Source: Setoptus koraiensis
Lineage: Eukaryota; Animalia; Arthropoda
Direction of reading: 5' to 3'
Length of the DNA stretch: 64,000 bases
Assembly: GCA_048013815.1 (NCBI GenBank)
Contig: CM106586.1
Location: forward strand, 10,230,001-10,294,000
The notes beneath the pieces were generated by a model. The model worked only from the letters and a program-made list of their open reading frames with translations. It did no database searches and was not told the DNA's origin. Every line of letters begins with the position of its first letter. The stretch's first letter is position 1. The translations under genes and the position numbers were made by a program. Of the stretch, positions 50,393 through 62,000 are shown piece after piece.

Positions 50393-51718
50393 TTACTGAC
50401 CACAATTAATCATCCTATTAGTATTTTGCTGACTGGGGCGAAGGACATTGAGAAGTACAACATCTGACATCCGAATACGGACATCTGATTCTTGAGAAGA
50501 CAAAGATGGATTGACTGAGAGCTTCTCTTTTTGTGTTTCTTCAACATGTTGCATAGTCCATTTACAGACAACATGATCATCCCGGCATGTGAAAACTGAT
50601 AATGAAGCCCAATCTGTTTCAACGCAAGTTGTATCGTTATCATCATTATTGTCGGGTGTTAGCTGACCAACTGGTGATCTTGTCAGATGAGAATAATATT
50701 TTGTGGAATGTGGTTGGCGGCGATCGTTTCCGAGAGACCATATTTTAGCTCCAGATAACTTTGAGCCACTTATTAAAAATTTGTCATCAAGTATAGCCAT
50801 TCTAGCATAGGGGTCACTTTTGTATTCAGTGAATCGTATTGGTTCAGGGTTAGGATGATTAAATCGATCATAGCAATATATCACGCCATCAGAGCAGGCG
50901 GCATAGAGTTTTCCAGAAGAAAAAAGTAAATGTGAGTATCCTCCATAAAAGCCTTCGACCACCTTAGGGTGTTTAATAAAATGGTTGGGTTGTTCGCATT
51001 GTATAAGACCATCGGCAGTTAGCTTGGGATCTATAGCTCTAGTTTGTCTGAGATCCCATAATTTAAGCGTGCCATCGTTGGGGCCCGAGGAATATATTCT
51101 GGGCACAAAAGTATCGAATGCAACACTGGTCACGCAATTTAGAGGGTTACTTTTTTCATCGGTCTTTTTTCGTTTGGATGTGCCTGGTAAATGACAATAG
51201 TGGGCATCCTTGATTATTATTTTCGTCGGCTTATCGGATCTAAGGTCGTGTACTTTTATGCTTCCATCTCTAGAGCCACTGGCTAATAAATTTGTATCAT
51301 GAAAACTAATAGTTTTGATCGAACTTTGGTGGACCCTGTACAATTCCTGAATTTGTTTTTGTGTTTCTGCATCCCATAATGCCAGTGAGCGATCTCCAGC
51401 GGCCGTTACAATCTTATTTTCATTTGGTTTCCATTTTATATCAAATATGGCATTCGTGTGAGCCGACCAGTGGGTGATATTTTTAAAATTTCTCATGCCC
51501 AACAGGTTAACTGAACCGTCTTCGCTGGCTATGGCCAGGGTGTCATTATATTTGGCACAGGCTAGGGGGCCTCCATAACCATGTTGGCCCGTCAAGTCCA
51601 TAATTTCGCTCTCTAAGCGATGGGCCTCTTGAAGTTGCAAGCGGTCTATGGTGAAATCAATGTCGACATTTGTACTTAGTCCTAATCTTCGCCTTCTAAG
51701 AGAGGTGACAACGTTCAT
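50393..51718 (-). CDS. DTL: Denticleless/CDT2 WD40 substrate receptor of CRL4, 441 aa single ORF
   Basis: N-terminus VTSLRRRRLG, LAIASEDG.V.L, W.AHTNAIFDIKW, IVTAAGDRSLALWD, HQSSIKTI.F, LASGSRDGSIKVHDLR, IIIKDAH, SSGP.DGTLKLWDLR, G.LYAACSD..IY.Y. Confidence 0.9.
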   Translation of the reverse strand: MNVVTSLRRRRLGLSTNVDIDFTIDRLQLQEAHRLESEIMDLTGQHGYGGPLACAKYNDTLAIASEDGSVNLLGMRNFKNITHWSAHTNAIFDIKWKPNENKIVTAAGDRSLALWDAETQKQIQELYRVHQSSIKTISFHDTNLLASGSRDGSIKVHDLRSDKPTKIIIKDAHYCHLPGTSKRKKTDEKSNPLNCVTSVAFDTFVPRIYSSGPNDGTLKLWDLRQTRAIDPKLTADGLIQCEQPNHFIKHPKVVEGFYGGYSHLLFSSGKLYAACSDGVIYCYDRFNHPNPEPIRFTEYKSDPYARMAILDDKFLISGSKLSGAKIWSLGNDRRQPHSTKYYSHLTRSPVGQLTPDNNDDNDTTCVETDWASLSVFTCRDDHVVCKWTMQHVEETQKEKLSVNPSLSSQESDVRIRMSDVVLLNVLRPSQQNTNRMINCGQ

Positions 51719-52932
51719 CTTGTGTGTCCAACCGAGAGTATGAGATGGATAAAATATTAGGGAGATTCAAATAATCGAGTGGTTACTGCTGGTGATATCT
51801 GAGGTTACGGCCTTGTTCGAAATGTTACACGCCACGTGTTGAGTATGGTGGTCATCATGTAGCTATTGAAAAAATAAATGGAAAAAATTTCATTGTTTAT
51901 ATAAATTGAAAATTGAGCTTCGTTGTCCATCTAAAAGCAGCGCCCAATTCTGTGCGCCAAAAAATGTATACGAATTAACTGTACAGTGTACTCACTAACT
52001 GTACACAAAGCCACTATAAGGCTGTGGAAGGCGGTACTTGTGGACCATGGAGTGCGCGCACTTTTCCAGCACACCTCATTTTAGTTTTACAAAAGTCTGC
52101 TAGGGGGTCTCATCTATGTATCGGCTGTAGTATGCACATCGCACATTGACAAACGATGTGAAACAAGTACTACATGCAGAGTGTATCTGTTGATACTCTC
52201 TGCGCTCGGTAGTGCTTTATTTTCACAGCTAGCGCCTCTGCCGGATCTTCATGCAAACGCTCCAGGGAAGATTTACGGTGCAAAATTCACGTACAGTATT
52301 AAATTATTCTCACAACCAAGAGGCGTTGATGGCGCTCTCGAGATGAACGATACATGGCAGGGCACATCGCGCCGGTGAACACAACACCAACCTTCACGCC
52401 CGTCCCGACGCTGCTATCGACTTTTGTTCGCAGAATTGCAGTAAATGTGCGTTTATTCACATCGTGTCAGCATGCGTCATGGCGCACATATATCGACCCT
52501 CTACCTATTGCACATAATAGTTCGCGCATAGTTGTCGTGCCCCGATTGAGTGGCACGCATTAGTTGAGAAATTCATTCTGCATCCGATTGCATATACCAC
52601 GTAACGAGAATCAGATTAAAAGGTCCCACACATTGTGATTTGTTCAATAGGACAGCTCAAAAAGGTTTTGTGCAAAGAATAAAAAAATCCGATCGTATCT
52701 ATGGTGCTGTCAGGACACATGGATATTTTGATGGCTCTATGAATGAAAAACCAGCATTGTTGCATCGCTGCGATCAGCACTCATTTAAAAATCGACTGAA
52801 ACTCCTCCTCACATTGCCTGTTTAAGACAACGCACGTCTCGATCTAGCAACAAAAGCAGTAATTACACTCAGAAATTGTAAGTATAGCCAAACAAGATTC
52901 CAGAGACACTTCGATCATTACATGACAGTACA

Positions 52933-53327
52933 ATGGCAGCTGCCGGTATGATCCTAAATCCAAAACCATTCCTCAATGGTCTGACTGGAAAACCTGTAAT
53001 GATCAAATTGAAATGGGGCATGGAATATCGTGGTTATCTAGTGTCAGTTGACGGCTATATGAATGTTCAGGTAAGCATGCGACATAGACACAGATCCATT
53101 CATAAAAAATAGATCATTTTACTGTAGCCTGATATATTGTTACCTGTTACGGATTTTAATTTCTCTTTTAAAACTATCCATTCACTCATATCTTACAGCT
53201 AGCAAACACAGAAGAATTCGTAGACGGAAATTTAGTTGGAGCGTTAGGAGAAGTTTTGATCAGGTGCAACAATATTCTATATATTAAAGAAGTGCCCGAA
53301 GAAGATGAAGGGGCTATGAAAGAGTGA
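52933..53327 (+). CDS. SNRPF: Small nuclear ribonucleoprotein F, 2 exons (52933-53070, 53199-53327)
   Basis: [39 protein letters not shown]|[27 protein letters not shown]; phase 0 intron. Confidence 0.97.
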
Positions 53328-53460
53328 CTAAAAACCTCTTAACACATATATTAGATAACAAACATTGCAGTTCAATTTTGTACATCCGTGTCCGCTATTC
53401 ACAAAGTCTCACTATATTCATTTGATAAATCATTCAGACTCTCTATTTATAAATTCTATC

Positions 53461-54964
53461 ATGGTATTGGTGACTCTCATCCCAGAAACGCAATTTTTTG
53501 CTAACATGGAAAGCCTCACATTCGTCGAGGCCATCAAGAATAAATACGTCGCTCAGGAAGAGTTTGATGATCGCCTTAGAATTCCAAAAGATAGTTTTAT
53601 AACAACAGAAATTACCTTAGTTGGGTTAGGACGTGTTCTAAGAAAACAAAGGTTCGTTCCTGATCACTTCCATTTTCATCACCAATCATGAGATTATCAT
53701 AGCTAATTTTTGATTAAAATTTTCGTGTTCATGTCGTTATCCAACTTTTAGAACAATCGAGAATCTGACTAATATCGATCTAAGCAACTGTAGAATATCA
53801 GCGCTCGGTAATGTAGAGGAATTTAGTACTTCTTTGAGAAATATTCAGACATTGAATATTTCTAAAAATCTTCTTACAGATTGGCTTCAAGTGGTTGAGC
53901 TGATCGTCCACATGCCCGCCCTCGAAGAACTTATTGTAAGCGGCAATCCAATCGATTGGAAAGCGTGCGACTCAAATCGAATAACAGAATATCTTGTCCA
54001 TAATGGTAGAACAGTGCCACGAATGCGTCAGATAACTATGGGTAGCATTGTCATGGAAAGTTGGGATCAAGTTGTGAAAACGCTAAGTTCTATTTGGACG
54101 ACACTCGACAACCTAGACATATGGAGTGTCAATTTAGAACTAGCTACTGTAGAGCCACCGCAATCTCTATCCTGCCGTAAATTTGTTTCCGCTTTGAAAT
54201 CCGTGACCTTAAGTGAGAACTCCATAAAAAGTATATCCCAGCTGAACAATCTAGGTGAATTGATATCTCTAGAAGAATTGGATATATCTAGATGTGGTCT
54301 AGAAGAAATCATTATCGATGACGAATTACGATCAACGCTCAAAAATTTGAAGAGATTGAATGTAGCCTTTAATAGCCTCTCATCATGGCGGAGCATAGCA
54401 GAGCTCAACAACTTACCAAGTTTGAACTTCCTGCTCTGTCAAGGCAATCCAATCATCAATCCTGGAAAGATAACCAAAATGATGGTCATCGGTAGAATTG
54501 GTAACCTAACTTGCTTTAATCGCGAAGAGATTTCCCCTCCTCAAAGAAAAGATAGTGAGTTGTTCTATATGCGAAAACTGTTTGAAGAGTATGTTCGCCA
54601 CAAGGAAAACAATGACAAACAATTTTTCCTCGATAATCCCCGCTACGAGAAACTGTTATCTCTCTATGGAATACCAGAAGATTTGAGAGCGGCCGAGAAA
54701 AAGAAAAACTACCTTCAAATCTACATACAGCTGAAATCGTCTGATAAGACAATCTCCAAAAAATTGCCCTCTGATATGCCAATTAGTAATCTAAAGATGC
54801 TTTCGAAGCGACTATTCAATCTAAATCCATGCTCCGATGTCAGGCTTTGCTGGCATCCCAAAGGCAAAGGAATGTCTTGCGCCTTGGACAAGGATGGGCA
54901 AGGTCTTAGATTCTATTCTATTAAAGATGATGACACTATTGTGATCGATCCCGTTGATTGTTGA
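53461..54964 (+). CDS. TBCE: Tubulin-specific chaperone E (LRR plus ubiquitin-like), 2 exons (53461-53651, 53752-54964); no CAP-Gly domain
   Basis: FVEAIKNKY (compare FLTAIKNRY), NISKNLLTDW, LRRs, IGRIGNLTCFNREEI, NPRYEKLLSLYGIPED, UbL KKLPSDMPI..LK.LSKRLF...LRFYSIKDDDTIVI; phase 2 intron AG|GTTCGT...TTAG|A. Confidence 0.88.
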
Positions 54965-55924
54965 ATGGTCATTTCAACCACTCAAAATGCCAATTCATTA
55001 ATAAAGAAGATATCATGTAAGCAGCAGACATGAAATAGTGACAGCGAATTGCGATTATGATACAGCTAGACTTGTTTGGATTCGAAACTTTCGACAGCTC
55101 TCAGTTTTGCTGGAGTGTATTTTTTTTGTATTTGTTCAGTACGCAAGCGCTAAACCCTCAATCCGGGATGAACTTGCACATTATGAGACACAGAACAAAG
55201 ATAAATTCTCTGCCTATTACGTGTTGTTTGTCCGCAGGGTGGCGTTTTGTATTTCCATGACTCACACTCATTCGAATGCAAGCGAAGGGCTCGTGGCATG
55301 CATGTACAATGAAACACAGATATACTCACGAATAAAACAGAACAGCGATCTTCTCAATGCATTGCAGCGCCAGCTGCGGACAAAACTCTCAAATTTTGCG
55401 TCAAAAATTCAGTAAAGTACAGTTTTTTTTCTGCTGCTTCTCATTTGGAGCGAATATTCTGTGTGCGTCTTCAGCAAAAAATTCCTGCACTGGGTGGTAG
55501 AGCAAACTGACTTTTGCAAGCAGTTCTGTGCGGGCATAGTGTAAATAGAGTATAAAAATCTATTGAACTAGAACCTGGATTTTTTTGTATTGTGCGTCTG
55601 TGCGCTGTGCTTGCGTATTGAGTGCGCTGGGTGACAGCACAGCATCAGGACTTCCTTCAATTGTCTATTATACGATCACCGATGTATATGCTTTTGCTAG
55701 TATGTTTCATTTCATTTATTTTACATAATAATTTGACGCAACCAATTCCAAATTGATTGGACACCGACATCGGCAATACCAGCGATATCAAAAATAACTA
55801 CAGCACAGGCACTATTATCGACATCATTAGCAATAGCTAAAACAACAAAAATAATAACATCAACAGCAACAATAATAACGCACCACAACAATAACAACAT
55901 ATTGTTGATACACATTACCTTATC

Positions 55925-58148
55925 ATGGATTATGAAATGATGCCGGAGAAAGATACCGAGAAGGAGCGGTTTGCAAGGTAAGCAAATACATGTGACTTGA
56001 ATCTAAATGTAATGTACATGTAGTCATATCTCAAGCTGTATAGTAAATTGGCCAAGATCCTCTTCTTTTCGAACCTCAATTAGCGCGAAATTGAAATATC
56101 TCATCATTTACTAATCGATTTTTCTTTGGTATTTCTCATTGCATCCTATCACACCTTCATGAATTCTAATTGCAGAGAAAACCACAGCGAGATCGAGCGT
56201 CGACGTAGAAATAAAATGACAGCATATATAACTGAGCTGTCGGACATGGTACCTAATTGTAGTGCCCTAGCACGTAAACCGGACAAACTAACGATACTCC
56301 GTATGGCTGTGGCTCACATGAAAACCTTAAGAGGTGAGTATTGTTTGTTTATTTGTCTATTAGTTTATGTATTTTAGCTACCAAATTGCATATACTAACA
56401 ATATTCATCGAATAATCCATTCTAAGGTACTGGAAACACAAACAGCGGTGATGGATCCTACAAGCCATCTTTCTTGACAGATCAAGAATTAAAACACCTG
56501 ATACTAGAGGTAATTTACTTTCAAAATTTGTTGATAAATCTTATTCATAGTACGAGCCCAACTAGCCACTAACTGAAAAATTCCTCCCAATCATATTTTA
56601 AAGGCTGCCGATGGGTTCCTATTCGTTGTGGAATGTGATTCCGGCAAGATAATTTATGTTTCTGATTCTGTAACGCACGTCCTCAATCATTCGCACAACG
56701 AATTCGACAAATCGTGTCTTTATCAATGGGTTCATCCAGAGGATGTCGATAAAGTACAAGAGCAATTATCCACCCAGGACACATCTAACTCAAGTCGTAT
56801 ATTAGACATGAAATCTGGCACAGTAAAAAAAGAAAGCCATCAATCAGCAATGCGTTTGTGCATGAGCTCAAGACGAGGTTTTATTTGCCGCTTGAAAGTG
56901 GGTAACGTTCAACCGGATACCTTTTCTCCTACTCATCTCCATCGTTTGAGACAAAGAAATTGTCTAGGACCTTCTCAAGATGGAAACTCGTATGCTGTAG
57001 TACACTGCACGGGGTATATAAAAAATTGGAACGATCGGATTGACATAGACGACGCTAGTAGCGGACACTACTGTTTGGTCGCTATCGGAAGACTTCAAGT
57101 CATAAGCGCTCCAAATGCCAGCGATCTCAACAGCGCGAATTCTCAAACACAGTTCATGTCGCGCCATAACATGGACGGGAAGTTTACTTTTGTAGATCAG
57201 CGTGTCACAAGTGTACTAGGTTATCAACCTCAGGATCTATTGGGTAAAACTTGCTTTGAATATTTTCATCCAGATGACCAGGCACGTATGAAGGAGAGCT
57301 TCGATCAGATTCTGAAGTTGAGAGGTCAAGTTATGTCAATTCTATATCGATTCAGGACGAAAGACTCGGAATGGGTCTTCCTTAGGACGCAAAGCTTCGC
57401 CTTCCTGAATCCTTACACGGACAAAGTAGAGTATATTGTTTGTACCAATACTCTGACAAAAGGCTCACAAAACCAAGCATCACTACCATCTGAACAACAG
57501 CAATCCATGACACAACAGCCAGTTAACACTATTTCAACAGATTCATCTTTTATGTTGCATCAGCAGCATCCTTTGAACAACTCATCGATTATTGATCATA
57601 CACAACAATTGTCTAATACCGTTACAACACCCAAGCATGATTACTCTGATGTTTATCAAATGCAACAGCAATCTCAGTTATCTACTTCAACAAATCAACA
57701 AGAGGCTAGATTCAGCTCTGCCGGTTACAGCTACCAGACCGGGACCAGCAACGAGGCCCAGCTCATGTCTTATGGTTCGTCAACTGTCCCTCTTACTTCA
57801 ATGACTTTAAAATCAAATCAATCAGCTTCTAACTCACCTTCACAGCAGACCGCGACCTGGTCGAATAGACAAGCAGGCGCCTCAAATTATGGAGCCACAT
57901 CTTATAATCAAATGAGTCCGACTTATACTCAATTGAATAGTGGGCCTGGAGTTAGAAATCTTTGGACACAATGGCAAAGTGGAATATCATCGGGACAAGA
58001 CGCTATAAATGCCCCAGCTTCTGTGGATCAGGTTCAGACTCACGTTCACCAGCCAGACTACAATGAATCAATGCAACAGCAACAACAAGAACATCCTCAG
58101 TACGCAAATATTCAACCAATGGATTATTATAATCAGAGGGTCGAATGA
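55925..58148 (+). CDS. ARNT: bHLH-PAS factor ARNT/tango, 4 exons (55925-55977, 56176-56333, 56427-56509, 56604-58148)
   Basis: [108 protein letters not shown]; all phases consistent. Confidence 0.97.
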
Positions 58149-59022
58149 AAACGAGTGTGACTTGAAATATTCGTATATTTATCTAGTTATCAATGTTTAC
58201 CCGGTGCGATAAACGGAACATACCACAATTCACCAAAGATCAACTACAAATGATTTCGATAATCGAATATCGATGATTGATACGAATTTAAATTCTAATA
58301 ATTATTAATAACGAAGCTCAATGCATCCAAGTATTATTGAAAAGTTATGACGGACTGACTACAAATCCATTCCAAGTATAACTCCATATGCACATTTACA
58401 TCTATATATATATATATATTGAGACATCTGTAACTGATTCATTCCGCCCGAAACTTACCGTGATCACATTCTCCGACAAACTCAAGAAGTATAATCATTC
58501 TTCTTTTAGCAAATATCTTAAAGTATACCATATTTATACGGTAGCACGATTATATTCTTAATGTAAAATTTTTGGGATAGTTTGTAACAAGCTCTCAAGC
58601 CCATGAATAAATAATAGTTCTGTACCTATTTACTACTTAAGATGATTCCCCAGGAATATCATGATTGTCTGTTATAAAATTAGGAGTGCATCTCAAAATG
58701 AATCTGACTGGTCAACTTTCTGTGAAGGTATCTTGCATGGATTATTTCTTGTATCCCATTTGTGCTTATTGTATTCCACCCATTCTACTTACTTTATTAA
58801 CACACGATATAGGAGGTGGAACACACTTGAAGTTTCAATAAAAAGGGAAATGTGGGAGGCTTCGCAGGGGGTACCTAGTTGATTATACAACTATGTTACA
58901 ATTTACTTTTCTATCTAGTATGAGCCATGCCATGTGTTTAATCATTGATTGTCTTCCCAAACACAGACTTGGCTGTTTATCCGAATAAAACATAGCCAGT
59001 TTGCTTCAATCGAATTGTCCAA

Positions 59023-62000
59023 ATGGGTCCACCGTCATTAAGGGGTCCTGTAGTTTTGCTGCTATATTTGGTCGTGCTAATTTATTTACCATTTTTGCAA
59101 AAATCTCACCTAAAATCTATTCTGTTGATCTCGGGGCAAGAAACAGGTACTTATAATCAATAGTTGCATGGCTGAATTGGAAATATGAAAAAATCATAAT
59201 GTTACAGAAGAATTGAATATTTTTCATTTGCTTTTTGTCCACACATAACCGAACAATTAGATTATCAGTTCCCCGAATCATTCAAGACTAAACTTACATT
59301 CTACCACCAAGATACGAGCGGAGGAGATGAAAAACAAAAGATCGATGAATGGTATAATAATGGTATGTTTCGCTTCAAGAGTGAACTCGATGAATATTAC
59401 GATAATAAAAGGAAGCTTGGTAAATTGGTTATAAGAAATGGCGACGGTTCGATAGTGGAACTGTTTGTAAGGCCGCTCGAAGGCTACTACGTCGTGCACA
59501 AAGGTAATAATATATGTTTATCATCACTTTTGTTTCGCATTTTTTGCTTCAAAGTTTGACTAATTCCTCAAACTTGGTTGGATGTGATCATCATTCAGTC
59601 GGTGAAAGCTGTTCAATTGCAAAATACAGGCAGGAGGAATTTCGCATGTTTGATTATCTGGGTAGATTGTTGCCAGATCAGAAACATTTGTTTGGACCAT
59701 CGGCAATTGTATTCAAGTGGCAGAAAGAGTTGGCTGCAATAAGTCAGGTATAAGAGACCAAAGCTATCAAAGGTATTGGATATTTCTCTGATATCAATTT
59801 AGACTCTGTATTAATTCGCTCATCAAATCTATCATCATCTCAATCATCAAAGAATTCAAGTAATCCCGGTGATATATTTGACCATAGACTAGTAGAATCT
59901 CAGTCTGGGATGTTAGACTACAAGGAGAAAGTTGGGGAAAAAAATGCGACAGTTATTTTCTTGATAAAACGAGCAGGTAACCTAAGAGGATAAAAAAATC
60001 AGAAGTTGCAGAAGTTCACTGTTACAATTGGATATGTTTTGCTAATCATAGAGCGCATTTGTTTTCGCACTCACCCTCCATAGGTACGCCCATAAAGAGA
60101 TCAAAGGGACTAAGCCATTATGCTACACGAGCATTGGTCAGGGAAGTCGGTAATTTTATACAGTATTTCGAGTTTATATCCTTCGACCAGTTGACAAACG
60201 CACACGACTTATACGATGAGGATCCTTTCAAGGTATTAGGACAGCTGAATGATGTCGATAGCTATTTCTAGTAAATTTATCTAAACTATAACTAAACTAT
60301 AACTAAACTACAACCAAACTATAACCAAACTATAACCAACTTGCTTCCATCGCGAACATGACGAAAACAAAAGCTCCCAACTGGAGTTGGCTGTGTACCA
60401 AACGACGCTACTAAATACCTGAAGTTCAATGGTGGTGACAGATTCAGCGGTCATCTTGTCAGTAGTTTAGCCAGTTTCAAAAAGAACTTTGTTGCTCTTG
60501 ATGGAAAATCTCAACTGGTGCGTCACGATGTTGATCAGTCAACCAATGTTTACGATATGGAACGTTCGTTGGTCTATCATATGCCATACGATGTTGAACC
60601 GATTGCTAGAGAATTATCAGACAATGAATTTAACCTAGACACCTCAAGCGAACATCAAGTCAATGGCGAATGTTTTCTATTTTCGATGAGAACCCTTTTC
60701 AAGCCAAGAAAAAAAAATCCTTTCACTGGTATGCAGTTTCTGACCGGAACCGATTACATGTACTACATGGGCCGATCAACATTGAGGGGTTCACTGGTGC
60801 ATGTCTTTGAGCGCATTATATCAGTTGATTCAGACTCATCGTTGCCATTTGTTTTTCAATTGTTACCTCAACAGCGACCGTGTGATTATAAATCTGATTT
60901 CGATGGGAAATCAAATGATAACGATGACCAAACTCAAATATATGTGACTCTCTATGTTGCAGCTGTTCCCAATTGCGATTATTATACAGAAGGATGGGCA
61001 TCATCGGCTCAAATAGCGAGTGATTCTAGAATGAGTAAAAAATTCTATGACAATGATTGCGACCGGCAACTACCTGTTGGTATCAGAGCTGTGAGGTACA
61101 ATAAGCGAACGAATTCATATCAATTGATCGATGAAATCAGCATATTTGGGGCCAACTGGCAGGCACAAAAGTCCACAGAGAACCCTCTGACCATATTTGA
61201 TATAGGCAGATGCCCGCTAGAAAGAACTGACTTTTCCACCATGGTCGCATGGTCGGACGACAAAGTAACATTACCCACTGACCGATCAGCGAGAATATTA
61301 TCATTACCTCAGGCTGTTGCAAACAAAGTTGCTGAATACTTCAAAGCGCCGCCATTAAGTATATCGAACATTGTTGTCAGATATCATTCTTCTAATGGGG
61401 CCCAAGTTGGACTAAGCTTGCTAGATTCAAAAACTTGTTATCGTAAGTTCAAATTTCAACTACTCTCCACTAATACCATGTTTTGTTGCGCTGTATGTAA
61501 CCACAGTAGAACTAGAACTAATGAAAACAACAAAATTTCAATCAATAGCTAGCTACCAGATGCTCGGCAGCGACAAGACATTAGATGAAATAAAATCTCC
61601 TGTTGTCAGGAAGAAAAGAGATCTATCTCTATTGGAATGTCTAATGGTTGCAGCTCAATACAATTCTGTGCAAAGTGTAATGTATACATCAAAAAAAAGC
61701 TCTAATGAACCAGACGAGTGTATTTTGCTGAATACAGGAGGTCGGTATTCCAAGTCTGATTCAACAAAAAAGGAAGAAAGTGATAAAACCTATTATTTAT
61801 TTTCCAAGATAAATGAATGCTGGCCAATCCATCCAACTGAAATCTTCGATTCGAAGAAAGTATATCAAGTTATTGAACATACACTCTATGGATCGAAAGA
61901 GCACCATGCCGTATTGATGGAAGGCACGCAACTTAATGCCATTGTGCTGGCCAACAATGGCGTGCCAGTATCCAAACTGGAGATACTGTCCACCAAAATT

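Noticed and set aside
52640-52825. ORF considered as the missing TBCE CAP-Gly exon
   Set aside because: It lacks the GVEWD/GKHDG signatures.
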